DNA of 36,278 nucleotides. It comes from a virus. The notes beneath the pieces were generated by a model. It ran no database searches. It had not been told where the DNA came from and saw only the letters and a program-made list of their open reading frames with translations. The position numbers and the translations under genes are program-made. Shown here piece after piece: positions 7,493 to 15,416 of this stretch. Within the stretch, counting starts at the first letter, position 1. Every line of letters starts with the position of its first letter. The stretch is from IMG/VR virus record IMGVR_UViG_3300006162_000032; one strand, given 5' to 3'.

Positions 7493-7774
7493 ATGACTGA
7501 AAAAGATCACCCCGACGATATCTTAAAAGAATTGGGGTTTGTACAAACATATCCCAGAAAATCCGAGGGTGATACCAGATATTTTCGTGGCGAGGCAAGT
7601 GACCGCACCGCGATGATTATATGGTATTCCCAGGACGAGGGCACCGCCGGAATTCGTTACATCGACAACGGTAAAAGGGCAGGTCGACATATTTGGATCG
7701 GGTCATACTCAATTCTGGCCGATATGTTGGTCAAACTTAAAACAAATGGATTTTTTACGAGGGCCATTCCGTGA
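7493..7774 (+). CDS. hypothetical protein (93 aa); C-terminus FTRAIP-stop encoded inside family-A element
   Basis: AAAGGAGATAACG-ATG. Confidence 0.55.
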   Translation: MTEKDHPDDILKELGFVQTYPRKSEGDTRYFRGEASDRTAMIIWYSQDEGTAGIRYIDNGKRAGRHIWIGSYSILADMLVKLKTNGFFTRAIP

Positions 7775-7786
7775 GGAGTGGTAAGT
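7757..7786 (+). repeat. family-A stem-loop element (stop TGA in GNRA-like loop GTGA)
   Basis: ACGAGGGCC-attcc-GTGA-ggagtg-GTAAGT. Confidence 0.75.
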
Positions 7787-7810
7787 CCAAATATGGACTA
7801 AGGAGAACCA

Positions 7811-8020
7811 ATGAAACTTTCACTTCGAGAAGCATTGGCAAAGATGTACACCCCCGAAGTCGCAGAAAATCTCGAGAAAATTGACCTGGAAGAATATCGC
7901 CGGGGTGGCCGAGAAGGTCTCAAGAGTTTTCTTGAAATTAATGACACTTCTCTTTCCACCACAGAAATTGATCTTCTTCTCGATCTAACCGCCGAACAAG
8001 TGGAGAATGCCCATGCGTAA
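7811..8020 (+). CDS. hypothetical acidic protein (69 aa)
   Basis: AAGGAGAACCA-ATG; leader hairpin GTCCAAATATGGAC. Confidence 0.55.
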   Translation: MKLSLREALAKMYTPEVAENLEKIDLEEYRRGGREGLKSFLEINDTSLSTTEIDLLLDLTAEQVENAHA

Positions 8021-8138
8021 ACAAATTTGGCGGACGTTCCGTAAACATATCTGGACGGCGTTGTTTATCGCGGCAATGGCCGGTGTATTCATCATCCTGG
8101 AGGCCGCGTTGACGATTCCGTCGGGGCCGGGGCAGTAA
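8013..8138 (+). CDS. hypothetical 41-aa membrane peptide
   Basis: ATG overlaps upstream stop by 8 nt; hydrophobic core; below ORF-track cutoff. Confidence 0.35.
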   Translation: MRKQIWRTFRKHIWTALFIAAMAGVFIILEAALTIPSGPGQ

Positions 8139-8141
8139 GCA

Positions 8142-8170
8142 ATGAGGGCCGCCCACCTTGGGCGGTAAGT
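8142..8170 (+). repeat. family-A stem-loop element (variant ATGAGGGCC)
   Basis: ATGAGGGCC-gcccaccttgggc-GGTAAGT. Confidence 0.7.
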
Positions 8171-8197
8171 CCAAATATGGACTAAAAGGAGAACAAT

Positions 8198-8530
8198 ATG
8201 TCGGTATTGACTGACGAGACAGTAAACATTTTGGATCAATTAACTGACCGGGATGAGGCCTTCATCGGGGCCATCTCGGCAACGCAGGCCATGTCTGAAA
8301 CTCTCGTTTGGTCACACCGTATGAACTACAACCAGGAAGATATGGAAGGGGTTCTTGACGAGGCGGTCGACAACTGGACTGGGTGGACCGAGGATGAGTA
8401 CCGGGATTTTATCAAGACGTATGATGAGACGCTCAAAAAGGCCGCCTATGATGGTTTGAGACAAACCTTGGAAGATTGCCTTCGGGCTTTTCACCTAAAT
8501 AAAAACTCTTCCGTGGGTTTAACACGGTAG
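8198..8530 (+). CDS. hypothetical protein (110 aa)
   Basis: AAAAGGAGAACAAT-ATG; same leader hairpin GTCCAAATATGGAC as gene 7811. Confidence 0.55.
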   Translation: MSVLTDETVNILDQLTDRDEAFIGAISATQAMSETLVWSHRMNYNQEDMEGVLDEAVDNWTGWTEDEYRDFIKTYDETLKKAAYDGLRQTLEDCLRAFHLNKNSSVGLTR

Positions 8531-8531
8531 C

Positions 8532-8562
8532 ACAGAGGGTCGGACGATAAGTCCGGTAATGG
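8532..8562 (+). repeat. family-A stem-loop element (ACAGAGGG variant, 3' flank GGTAATGG fused to family-B leader)
   Basis: ACAGAGGGT-cggacgataagtccg-GTAATGG. Confidence 0.7.
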
Positions 8563-8626
8563 CAATGAGGGAAAACCTCAGAACTGAACGGTACCCGTTC
8601 AGTTTGCCATACCAGGAGAGGAACAT
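8556..8626 (+). promoter_or_regulatory. family-B structured 5' leader (three-way junction: ATGGCAA/TTGCCAT P1, GAGGG-AAAA-CCTC P2, variable P3) ending in ACCAGGAGAGGAACAT-ATG
   Basis: P1 and P3 complementarity; P3 = GAACTGAACGG/CCGTTCAGTT. Confidence 0.6.
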
Positions 8627-8821
8627 ATGAACATCGTAAGGAATTTGGCGCCACTTTGGCCGCTGCTGTTACTGTTGCTACTTTTTTCGTGGCTTGCGCG
8701 TCCCGCCGAGGCGTCCTCCCGCGGTAGCAGGGGACATCACCGTTCGGCGGTGGCAAGTTGGCCAAAAAGTACTCACGGTCACTCTCACTTCCCGCACAAA
8801 CCGGTAAAAACGAGAGGATAA
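8627..8821 (+). CDS. hypothetical protein with N-terminal signal-peptide-like Leu run (64 aa)
   Basis: start after family-B leader. Confidence 0.45.
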   Translation: MNIVRNLAPLWPLLLLLLLFSWLARPAEASSRGSRGHHRSAVASWPKSTHGHSHFPHKPVKTRG

Positions 8822-8822
8822 C

Positions 8823-9065
8823 ATGTCAATACGATTGATTATCAAAGGCGACAAAGAAACCGCCCTGGTCGAGGCCTCCCTCGCAGATATCCGGCAGTAT
8901 AACTTTGTAAAGGAAAATCTGCAATCGGACGGTGAGACCAAGTATACCGAGGCACTCGCATCAGACGCCGATCTGGAACGGGTTGCCATCTGGTTCACGA
9001 AACAAAAACACGAGGAGGTTCCCTATCCACCGGGGACACTTCTTTGGTACCAGTTTGTTCCTTAG
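8823..9065 (+). CDS. hypothetical protein (80 aa)
   Basis: GAGGATAAC-ATG, 1-nt gap after upstream stop. Confidence 0.5.
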   Translation: MSIRLIIKGDKETALVEASLADIRQYNFVKENLQSDGETKYTEALASDADLERVAIWFTKQKHEEVPYPPGTLLWYQFVP

Positions 9066-9069
9066 TGAT

Positions 9070-9101
9070 ACGAGGGCATCCCCGGAAACGGGGGTGTAAG
9101 T
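9070..9101 (+). repeat. family-A stem-loop element
   Basis: ACGAGGGC-atccccggaaacgggggtg-TAAGT. Confidence 0.75.
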
Positions 9102-9134
9102 CCGATGAATCGGGCTTATACAGGAGAAGAACAA

Positions 9135-10697
9135 ATGAATCACCAAGAAATGTTGAAGTCGTTCTTGGCAGTTGAAGCGATGAAGTCGTACAACGTCGTT
9201 AGTCCAATAATGTTATCCAATCCGATATCCGTGTTAAAACGTATGACGCGCGATAAAGGTTGGAGTAACCAGGCCATTGTTGAAATGGGCCGTCGGAAAA
9301 TGCTGGGAAAGTTTCTGGGAAGTTACGTCTTGCGTAATGTTTCCGGAGATGAAATATACCAAAAATTTCCGGTGTTGGATTATTTGGGTGAAGTTTCGTT
9401 GTTCTCGAAACCCGCCGACTGTGTTACTTACCGGGGAACGCCCGAGCAAAATCAAGTAATTGATCGCGCCTTGGCCGTCTCTCCGGTAAATACTTCCAAT
9501 AATTTTTTTGGGAGTGGTATCGCCGGACGTTTGTCCACGTTTTATAACGTGATCAATTTGGACATTGGGAACACACCCATTGCCATCATCGGTGGTGGGG
9601 CGGCGGGCCAAATTGTACGATATGGCCTGAGTCGCACCGGATTTAAAAATGTAACTCTTTATGAAAAGGGCAAACCATTTGGAATCTGGTCACGGGAAGA
9701 TATCAAAGGCGGGAGTCGAAACAATCCTCGTAGATTGGTCCTGGGCGAGTATGCCCTGGAACCGGCGCCCGGCGAAGGATCGGAGGTACGGGATTTTCTG
9801 CAAAATATCCAGAACGCCAATTCATTAAACGTTATCACCAACGACGTCACCACGGTTACTCCGAACAATCTTGCCCACGGGGTTTATGACCGTGGTCAAA
9901 GTTTTAAGGAGTACCCCATCGTCATCAACTGCCTGGGACTGGGAAAACCGAAAAACCTCTCGGATCGCCACCGTATGGTGACATCTGCGGAGGTCACCCA
10001 CGCCGGTAACCGTTGGCAAAAGCGCCTCACTTACCCGCAAATTAAGGGAAAGAAATTTCTCTTTATTGGCCTGGGAAACTCTACCGCCGAGATGCTCCGG
10101 CAACTTCACGATGCCCAGGATCGAGGAATTGATACCGATTATTCGGTATTGACCCACTATCCCAAGGACTCCGTATTTAATCCGGATGATTACATCATCC
10201 AAAAAAACACGAAGTACCGGGTATTTCGTGATCTTTCTGCCTCGAACCTGGTAGATTACGAGGGCGATCTTCCCCAGAACCGGGCCGATTACTACCGGGC
10301 ACTGCGGACGGGGCGCATCGTGTCAGATGTCACCGGGTGGGACCGGATCATAAAAGACTTTGTGATCCGGCGGGGTCGTTCCCAGACCGAAACCAAAGTG
10401 GATGAGTTTTATAACCTGACCGGTTATGAGAATCGCCCCGACGATCTGGTGAACTTCGGTTGCAGTTTCCGGCACAATGAAATGCAATACGACTACGACG
10501 GAGAAATTCAAAAGTCTCCCGGACTGGCCGACCCGGAACTCCGGTTGCACAAAGGTTACTTTGGGTTTGGCGCCCTTCTGGGAACCTCCCACAACCCCAA
10601 CGCGATCGTGATTCCGGGTATGTTGCACCGCCTGGGCGACCTGTTGTTCGGGGTCATCGTGCGGTCTATGGAGTACAAAGAAAAACAGAACGACTAA
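9135..10697 (+). CDS. FAD/NAD(P)-binding oxidoreductase with two dinucleotide-binding motifs (flavin monooxygenase-like)
   Basis: IAIIGGGAAGQIV (GxGxxG) and FLFIGLGNSTAEML (second Rossmann, PvdA/IucD-like GxGxSxAE); CAGGAGAAGAACAA-ATG. Confidence 0.7.
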   Translation: MNHQEMLKSFLAVEAMKSYNVVSPIMLSNPISVLKRMTRDKGWSNQAIVEMGRRKMLGKFLGSYVLRNVSGDEIYQKFPVLDYLGEVSLFSKPADCVTYRGTPEQNQVIDRALAVSPVNTSNNFFGSGIAGRLSTFYNVINLDIGNTPIAIIGGGAAGQIVRYGLSRTGFKNVTLYEKGKPFGIWSREDIKGGSRNNPRRLVLGEYALEPAPGEGSEVRDFLQNIQNANSLNVITNDVTTVTPNNLAHGVYDRGQSFKEYPIVINCLGLGKPKNLSDRHRMVTSAEVTHAGNRWQKRLTYPQIKGKKFLFIGLGNSTAEMLRQLHDAQDRGIDTDYSVLTHYPKDSVFNPDDYIIQKNTKYRVFRDLSASNLVDYEGDLPQNRADYYRALRTGRIVSDVTGWDRIIKDFVIRRGRSQTETKVDEFYNLTGYENRPDDLVNFGCSFRHNEMQYDYDGEIQKSPGLADPELRLHKGYFGFGALLGTSHNPNAIVIPGMLHRLGDLLFGVIVRSMEYKEKQND

Positions 10698-10727
10698 CGA
10701 GGGTGGGTCACTTCGGTGACCCGTAAG
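10697..10727 (+). repeat. family-A stem-loop element
   Basis: ACGAGGGT-gggtcacttcggtgaccc-GTAAG. Confidence 0.75.
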
Positions 10728-10761
10728 ACCAATCAAATCTTTAAATAGGAGAGGAATTAAC

Positions 10762-11172
10762 ATGAAATGGATTGAATTGCTGCGGGAGATTGCCAAAGAA
10801 ATCAACAAAAATTCGTCACCGACGGATGTACTAGACCGGGGTGGCGACAATCTCTACAAAATATCACAGGGGAAGGCCCTATGGTGGGTTCTTTCGGCGT
10901 TGCGCGGTCCGGATGAACAGAACTCGCAAAATGGCATCAGCGACCATGATGCCAAATGGGCGACGACCGAGGTAATCCGAGGCCGTCTTGGCCTATGGGA
11001 GAACGGTAATCAGGCCAGTTGTTTATCTAGTACCTCCGATACGGCAGATAAGCTGGAACTCCGCAAACGGATAGTCACCACGGGGGATAACCATTTTGGT
11101 TATCACGCCCGGATGGCCTTTCACGTTTTGGGCCTGAAATGGGATGAGGTCAATAAAATCGAACCCATTTAA
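10762..11172 (+). CDS. hypothetical protein (136 aa)
   Basis: ATAGGAGAGGAATTAAC-ATG. Confidence 0.55.
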   Translation: MKWIELLREIAKEINKNSSPTDVLDRGGDNLYKISQGKALWWVLSALRGPDEQNSQNGISDHDAKWATTEVIRGRLGLWENGNQASCLSSTSDTADKLELRKRIVTTGDNHFGYHARMAFHVLGLKWDEVNKIEPI

Positions 11173-11193
11173 CAAGATGTAGTGTCCCTGATA

Positions 11194-11223
11194 ACGAGGG
11201 CCACGGAGAAATCCGTGGTAAGT
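11194..11223 (+). repeat. family-A stem-loop element
   Basis: ACGAGGGCC-acggagaaatccgtgg-TAAGT. Confidence 0.8.
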
Positions 11224-11241
11224 ACAAGGAGAGAATTTCAA

Positions 11242-11478
11242 ATGAACCGACAAAATGTAGAAAAAACCAAGAAAAGATTGGAAGAACTAGGAGTCATCTC
11301 CCTAAATGAACTGCGCACACGCCTGGCTAAAAAGGGTGTGTCGCCGAATATACCGCTCACCACGGCCATGGTGAAACATGTTGAAAGTTACCCCCGGCCG
11401 GAGGAAGTCGTGGCCATGGGACTGGCGATGATTATGTACGGAATGATCAAGATGGAAAGGCGAGGGAACCCCCTCTGA
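11242..11478 (+). CDS. hypothetical protein (78 aa)
   Basis: CAAGGAGAGAATTTCAA-ATG; stop TGA lies in loop of hairpin AACCCCC-TCTGA-GGGGGTT. Confidence 0.5.
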   Translation: MNRQNVEKTKKRLEELGVISLNELRTRLAKKGVSPNIPLTTAMVKHVESYPRPEEVVAMGLAMIMYGMIKMERRGNPL

Positions 11479-11498
11479 GGGGGTTTAAGGAGGGAAAT

Positions 11499-11741
11499 AT
11501 GACAACACAAGTGGGAATGATCGAGGTAGATTCGACCAATATCCAAAGTATCGGATATGACGTGCTGCGGCGGATTCTGTACGTAAGATTCCTGACCGGC
11601 CGCATGTATCGTTACTTTGGCGTAGGTCCCCTGACCTTCGGCCGCTTTCAACGGGCACATTCCAAGGGTCGTTTTTTCTACCAGTTCGTTCGATATCGTT
11701 ACAAGTATGAATTGGTGGAAAACGGCCGGAGGGTGGCATGA
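11499..11741 (+). CDS. hypothetical protein (80 aa)
   Basis: TAAGGAGGGAAAT-ATG. Confidence 0.55.
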   Translation: MTTQVGMIEVDSTNIQSIGYDVLRRILYVRFLTGRMYRYFGVGPLTFGRFQRAHSKGRFFYQFVRYRYKYELVENGRRVA

Positions 11742-11914
11742 GATGGCGGGTCAAGTACGAAACTGTACTGGAGGCAGAAAACCGCACCCAGGCGGTTCTT
11801 TTGGCGGAGTCTTTAATTCCAGAGAAATATTCTAAAGGGATGAAATACACCGTCGAGTTTATTGATCTTGATGAAGAGATGACAGAGGAAGAATATTCAG
11901 AGGGCGCCGGGTGA
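11738..11914 (+). CDS. hypothetical acidic 58-aa protein
   Basis: ATGA overlap with upstream stop; stop TGA in loop of following hairpin; below ORF-track cutoff. Confidence 0.35.
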   Translation: MRWRVKYETVLEAENRTQAVLLAESLIPEKYSKGMKYTVEFIDLDEEMTEEEYSEGAG

Positions 11915-11925
11915 TCCCCGGCGTT
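11898..11925 (+). repeat. family-A-like stem-loop (CAGAGGGCG-ccgggTGAtccccgg-CG)
   Basis: variant lacking GGTAAGT; stop codon in loop. Confidence 0.5.
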
Positions 11926-11947
11926 ACGACCAAATAAAGGAGAAACA

Positions 11948-12214
11948 ATGACAGTAGATAATATTGATGTATACCCGATCGTCGGATGTGAAAAATATCC
12001 GGAGGTTCGGGAAGCAGGTTATTTGGTATGTGAACATGTCGGTAACCCCGGCGACGTGGAGTTTTTTGAGCCGGCCACCGAAACTTCCATGGGCGTAATC
12101 AGTTGCAAGAGTTGTCCTGAAGAAACCGACCCAAAAAGACAAATATATCACTTCTCGGTCAGTTGTGCGTCCTGCCTACGATCGGCGGGGTTTATTCCGA
12201 TTACTGTTCAATAA
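11948..12214 (+). CDS. Cys-rich (Zn-binding-like) hypothetical protein (88 aa)
   Basis: AAAGGAGAAACA-ATG; CxxxxxxxxxC, CKSC, CASC motifs. Confidence 0.5.
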   Translation: MTVDNIDVYPIVGCEKYPEVREAGYLVCEHVGNPGDVEFFEPATETSMGVISCKSCPEETDPKRQIYHFSVSCASCLRSAGFIPITVQ

Positions 12215-12242
12215 CAGAGGGCCACGGGAAACCGTGGTAACG
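12214..12242 (+). repeat. family-A stem-loop element (ACAGAGGG variant)
   Basis: ACAGAGGGCC-acgggaaaccgtgg-TAACG. Confidence 0.75.
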
Positions 12243-12301
12243 CACTCGTCCCTCCAGGCCGTGCGTTGGAAGCAAATTTGTTCGTGATAGGAGAGATTCA
12301 A

Positions 12302-12592
12302 ATGAAAAGTCAAAAGAAGCCCGTGCAGTCTGCAACGGGACGACAGTTTTACGCGCTGGTTGCAAAACCGAAGGTGGATATCACCAAATTAAAACCCCAT
12401 ACCCACGCCGGCGCCACCGTATTGGCCATTAAGAAACTCAAAAAGGCCACGAGTGGCGAGGTCATCGCCGAGGTTAAACGCCAGGGTAAATTGGCGACGA
12501 CGATGCCCGTCGAACAGGCAATTCACTACCAACTGTTCGATCTTGCCAAACGGCGGGGAGTCTTAAAAGTCATGCCAAAGCGGGCGGCATGA
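12302..12592 (+). CDS. small basic protein, paralog of 21962..22372 globular domain (putative nucleic-acid binding)
   Basis: HAGATVLAIKKLKKATSGEVIAEVKRQGKLAT vs HPGAVVHALRKLGEGTRNDVIVEVEKQGKIET. Confidence 0.5.
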   Translation: MKSQKKPVQSATGRQFYALVAKPKVDITKLKPHTHAGATVLAIKKLKKATSGEVIAEVKRQGKLATTMPVEQAIHYQLFDLAKRRGVLKVMPKRAA

Positions 12593-12611
12593 ATAATTCA
12601 TAATGTGGTAA

Positions 12612-12643
12612 ACGAGGGCCGGCCCAGTCATGGGCCGGTAAGT
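12612..12643 (+). repeat. family-A stem-loop element
   Basis: ACGAGGGCC-ggcccagtcatgggcc-GGTAAGT. Confidence 0.8.
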
Positions 12644-12658
12644 ACAAAGGAGAAAACA

Positions 12659-12841
12659 ATGCCAAGAGTAAAACCCGCCAGTCGGGATCGCATTATTTTA
12701 ATCCCCTGCCCTCGTTGCCGGGCCGGGTCTAATGAATTTTGCTTTCGCCAAACAGATTCTAAAAAAGAACCGATGTCAAATTTTGTTCATTCTGTTCGGG
12801 TTCGCGCCTATCATAAGGCGACCAGAGATGAAAAACAATGA
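12659..12841 (+). CDS. small Zn-ribbon-like protein (60 aa; CPRC...C)
   Basis: AAAGGAGAAAACA-ATG. Confidence 0.45.
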   Translation: MPRVKPASRDRIILIPCPRCRAGSNEFCFRQTDSKKEPMSNFVHSVRVRAYHKATRDEKQ

Positions 12842-12953
12842 CGAAGAGGAGCCTCAACATGGTTGGATCGCCACGATGATTGGGGCGGTAATCGTTGGGT
12901 TTTCGATTACCGGGGTCATCTTGATGGTTCAATGGTTTATAACGCGTCACTAA
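12828..12953 (+). CDS. hypothetical 41-aa membrane peptide
   Basis: overlaps 3' end of previous gene; TM segment IGAVIVGFSITGVILMV; stop abuts family-A element. Confidence 0.3.
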   Translation: MKNNDEEEPQHGWIATMIGAVIVGFSITGVILMVQWFITRH

Positions 12954-12983
12954 CGAGGGCCACGGGGGTAACCCGTGGTAAGT
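12953..12983 (+). repeat. family-A stem-loop element
   Basis: ACGAGGGCC-acgggggtaacccgtgg-TAAGT. Confidence 0.8.
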
Positions 12984-13002
12984 ACAAAGGAGAACGACAA
13001 AG

Positions 13003-13230
13003 ATGTGGAACCCATTTCGTAAGAAAAAAGCACCCGTTGTTGATCCAGTTTTTGATGCCATTGCCAACCGTCACGTTTGTCCAGACTGTAATAACGACAC
13101 ATTTTTTCAAGGACGACGGGGTGGGTTAAGTCAAAACATAAAATGTTCTAAGTGTGGTTCTGAATTTAACGTGGCGCCCTTCGAGGATGGCCAGTTTTTG
13201 GGCGAACCTTTTCTGGTAGAACGTATTTGA
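13003..13230 (+). CDS. Zn-ribbon protein (CPDC...CSKC; 75 aa)
   Basis: AAAGGAGAACGACAAAG-ATG. Confidence 0.55.
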   Translation: MWNPFRKKKAPVVDPVFDAIANRHVCPDCNNDTFFQGRRGGLSQNIKCSKCGSEFNVAPFEDGQFLGEPFLVERI

Positions 13231-13262
13231 ACGAGGGCCGTGGGATAACTTCCACGGTAAGT
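13231..13262 (+). repeat. family-A stem-loop element fused to family-B leader
   Basis: ACGAGGGCC-gtgggataacttccacg-GTAAGT. Confidence 0.8.
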
Positions 13263-13328
13263 GTGGCAGAGGGAAACCTCAGAGTGCGACGGCCTCCGCC
13301 GTCGACACTGCCATACCAGGAGAGGAAT
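13262..13328 (+). promoter_or_regulatory. family-B structured 5' leader (P1 TGGCAG/CTGCCA, a covariant of GGCAA/TTGCC)
   Basis: GAGGGAAACCTC P2; P3 GTGCGACGG/CCGTCGACAC; CCATACCAGGAGAGGAAT-ATG. Confidence 0.6.
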
Positions 13329-13547
13329 ATGCAAAACAAAATTATTGATGATTACATTCATCGATTACCTTGTAATCAACGGCGGTATGCGAGGGCATAT
13401 CGTACATGGTTACTGACCGGACAAAAGGGTTCGGCGCCCAATCCATTTGGCTTCCAGTTAAGTGGATTTGAAACTAGTCTGATCAAAAAGGTCATCGAAA
13501 ATGGGACCATTCAGGAGGCCCGGTATGCCAAGACCAAATCAGCCTGA
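13329..13547 (+). CDS. hypothetical protein (72 aa)
   Basis: start after family-B leader. Confidence 0.5.
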   Translation: MQNKIIDDYIHRLPCNQRRYARAYRTWLLTGQKGSAPNPFGFQLSGFETSLIKKVIENGTIQEARYAKTKSA

Positions 13548-13749
13548 GTTCGCCGTCAAAAAGAGCGAATTCGACGAAATACGACGGGTGATTCATCCGA
13601 CGATTACGTACGGTACCACCGAGGCGGGGCCGTTTAAGTACCTCATCTTTCCGGGTGAGACCGCGAGGCGTCGCGCGGTGATCGATGTTCAAACCGCCGG
13701 GTTCCGGGTATTTTATCAACGGTCTTGGGGAGGAATGGTAAAGGTATGA
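13525..13749 (+). CDS. hypothetical protein (74 aa)
   Basis: CAGGAGG at 13511-13517 then ATG 13525; overlaps upstream gene. Confidence 0.45.
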   Translation: MPRPNQPEFAVKKSEFDEIRRVIHPTITYGTTEAGPFKYLIFPGETARRRAVIDVQTAGFRVFYQRSWGGMVKV

Positions 13750-14003
13750 AAAAAGCAAAATCGACACCCAATCCGGAATGGACCGAGGAAAAGGTCAAAA
13801 AAGAATTACCCATGGTCAAACTCCAGGTTGGCCCACGGGTCATTCTTACTGCCGTTACTTCTGGTCGAATGTTAGATTATTGCGTAGTTTCCGTTTACTC
13901 CCATATGAATCTGGACGTGCCCCAGGTACGGGAAATGCGTCTGGAATTTTCCTGGGCGGCGGTTACTCGCAGTCTCAACGAAAATAAACCACTACAAATA
14001 TAA
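13746..14003 (+). CDS. hypothetical protein (85 aa)
   Basis: ATGA overlap. Confidence 0.5.
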   Translation: MKKAKSTPNPEWTEEKVKKELPMVKLQVGPRVILTAVTSGRMLDYCVVSVYSHMNLDVPQVREMRLEFSWAAVTRSLNENKPLQI

Positions 14004-14033
14004 CGAGGGCCGTGGGGAAAACCCACGGTAAGG
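14003..14033 (+). repeat. family-A stem-loop element (GGTAAGG variant)
   Basis: ACGAGGGCC-gtggggaaaacccac-GGTAAGG. Confidence 0.8.
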
Positions 14034-14066
14034 CCACAATAGAGTGAGCCTTGTAAGGAGAGGAAA
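14027..14066 (+). promoter_or_regulatory. family-C leader (GGTAAGGCCAC...GTGAGCCTT helix abutting AAGGAGAGGAAA-ATG)
   Basis: AAGGCCAC/GTGAGCCTT complementarity; related copies at 14318 and 14794. Confidence 0.45.
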
Positions 14067-14282
14067 ATGATCACGGATAGTATCAACAATCGCGATATGC
14101 GTCGTCAAGAAGCAATCAACAAGGCCATCGAGGCCGCCGATCGTATTATTCTGGAACACTCAGACGGATCGGTCGAAGAAACCAACTATCTAACCTCGGC
14201 CGTCGCCGTAAAGTGGGCCGAAAAGGTTCACCATGCAAACCAGCATGATTTGGCCCGGTACGATTTGAACCAGGCCGCCTAA
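14067..14282 (+). CDS. hypothetical protein (71 aa)
   Basis: GTAAGGAGAGGAAA-ATG. Confidence 0.5.
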   Translation: MITDSINNRDMRRQEAINKAIEAADRIILEHSDGSVEETNYLTSAVAVKWAEKVHHANQHDLARYDLNQAA

Positions 14283-14290
14283 GTTGTTTC

Positions 14291-14323
14291 CCCGAAGGCG
14301 GGTCACTCCGGTGACCCGTAAGG
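14291..14323 (+). repeat. family-A-like stem-loop (no ACGAGGG; stem gggtcactccggtgaccc + GTAAGG)
   Basis: same stem as copy at 10697. Confidence 0.55.
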
Positions 14324-14376
14324 CCACCATCCGGGGGCACGAAAACCGGAGTGAGCCTTATTAGGAGAGGAACAAT
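14318..14376 (+). promoter_or_regulatory. family-C leader with inserted hairpin TCCGGGGGCACGAAAACCGGA
   Basis: GTAAGGCCACC...GTGAGCCTT-ATTAGGAGAGGAACAAT-ATG. Confidence 0.45.
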
Positions 14377-14517
14377 ATGTCCCGAGACAAAGTGGTCAAA
14401 CGTCTGCAAGACGCGATCATGTGGTATGTTTCTCATGACGTGTATCGGTTGCTGATTGAACTTGCGTTTCTGGGTGGGGTGGCATCAGTTGCCATCGCCG
14501 GCGGCGCACGAGTATAA
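14377..14517 (+). CDS. hypothetical 46-aa protein with hydrophobic C-terminus
   Basis: TTAGGAGAGGAACAAT-ATG; below ORF-track cutoff. Confidence 0.35.
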   Translation: MSRDKVVKRLQDAIMWYVSHDVYRLLIELAFLGGVASVAIAGGARV

Positions 14518-14521
14518 ATCA

Positions 14522-14734
14522 ATGAACCGAAGACGACAAAGCCGTCTCCGGGCCAAGAATAGATTTTGGCGGGTTTACCACAGTATGTGGTTTAAACTGA
14601 TCGTGTTAGTGATTTTGATCGTGGCCGCTTTTCTTTTGCGACACGAGGCATTAACACTGACCGCGGTCGTCGTCAAGTCGATGGACATCGCCTGCGATTT
14701 ACTCGCCGACGGTGCTTTCAACGGTGGTGAATAG
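14522..14734 (+). CDS. hypothetical membrane protein (70 aa; Arg-rich N-terminus then TM)
   Basis: ATG 4 nt after upstream stop; TM LIVLVILIVAAFLL. Confidence 0.4.
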   Translation: MNRRRQSRLRAKNRFWRVYHSMWFKLIVLVILIVAAFLLRHEALTLTAVVVKSMDIACDLLADGAFNGGE

Positions 14735-14751
14735 AAACTCAAAACATATCT

Positions 14752-14766
14752 CTGCGATTATCGCAG
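14752..14766. promoter_or_regulatory. palindrome CTGCGATTATCGCAG (copy 1 of 2) between stop codon and family-A element
   Basis: second copy CTGCGATTCTCGCAG at 15592-15606 in identical context AAACATATCT-pal-TGATACGAGGGCC. Confidence 0.5.
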
Positions 14767-14770
14767 TGAT

Positions 14771-14800
14771 ACGAGGGCCGTGGGGAAACCCACGGTAAGG
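14771..14800 (+). repeat. family-A stem-loop element (GGTAAGG variant)
   Basis: ACGAGGGCC-gtggggaaacccac-GGTAAGG. Confidence 0.8.
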
Positions 14801-14853
14801 CACAAGCCGGGGGCACGAATCCGGCGGTGACCTTAAAAGTGGAGAGGAAAAAT
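14794..14853 (+). promoter_or_regulatory. family-C leader with hairpin GCCGGGGGCACGAATCCGGC
   Basis: GTAAGGCAC...GTGACCTT-AAAAGTGGAGAGGAAAAAT-ATG. Confidence 0.4.
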
Positions 14854-15069
14854 ATGGCACCCGAAAAACCAAAGGCCAAGACGGTAACCGTAGAGCTGCG
14901 CGTGGTTGATCCCAAGAAGGGAGCAGTCAAATACAGCCTTCCCAAGGATCAGTCCGGCGTACTCACCAACATCTACGTCAACCGTCTGGAGGCGATGAAA
15001 GAACTGGGTATCTCTGAACTCGGGGACCTCAAGGGTTTCAAGGTTACCCTGGAACCTATTACTGCGTGA
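14854..15069 (+). CDS. hypothetical protein (71 aa)
   Basis: GGAGAGGAAAAAT-ATG. Confidence 0.5.
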   Translation: MAPEKPKAKTVTVELRVVDPKKGAVKYSLPKDQSGVLTNIYVNRLEAMKELGISELGDLKGFKVTLEPITA

Positions 15070-15098
15070 CGAGGGCCGGCCCATCTGGGCCGGTAAGT
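15069..15098 (+). repeat. family-A stem-loop element
   Basis: TGA-CGAGGGCC-ggcccatctgggcc-GGTAAGT. Confidence 0.8.
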
Positions 15099-15111
15099 AC
15101 CGGAGGAAACA

Positions 15112-15234
15112 ATGAACAAACTTAAACAACTCGGAGAGTACGTAGTAGTACTGGCGGTCGTCGTAATCATTATCATCGGCAGTCGCCACCTAATCGGCGA
15201 CAATGTTAATCTGGTTTATAGCGTGGTTCGTTAA
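15112..15234 (+). CDS. hypothetical 40-aa membrane peptide
   Basis: CCGGAGGAAACA-ATG; TM VVVLAVVVIIIIG; below ORF-track cutoff. Confidence 0.35.
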   Translation: MNKLKQLGEYVVVLAVVVIIIIGSRHLIGDNVNLVYSVVR

Positions 15235-15261
15235 CGAGGGCCGTGGGAAACCACGGTAAGT
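15234..15261 (+). repeat. family-A stem-loop element
   Basis: TAA-CGAGGGCC-gtgggaaaccac-GGTAAGT. Confidence 0.8.
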
Positions 15262-15297
15262 CAATCTCCCCATTGACTTGAAAGGAGGACGCGCGAT

Positions 15298-15405
15298 ATG
15301 TGGCCATTTAACTTGCACCCCGTCTTCATGGGGTTTACCTGGTTTGATATCTCCGCAACCGCGTGGTTTTTTTTGTTGTGGTTGTTGTATCGGCAAGTTC
15401 ACTAA
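15298..15405 (+). CDS. hypothetical 35-aa hydrophobic peptide
   Basis: GAAAGGAGGACGCGCGAT-ATG; Trp/Phe/Leu-rich. Confidence 0.3.
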   Translation: MWPFNLHPVFMGFTWFDISATAWFFLLWLLYRQVH

Positions 15406-15416
15406 AGGAGAAAACA

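Noticed and set aside
10323-10850. 175-aa minus-strand ORF
   Set aside because: Lies entirely antisense to the well-supported flavoprotein gene and gene 10762; no RBS; every supported gene in the window is on the + strand.
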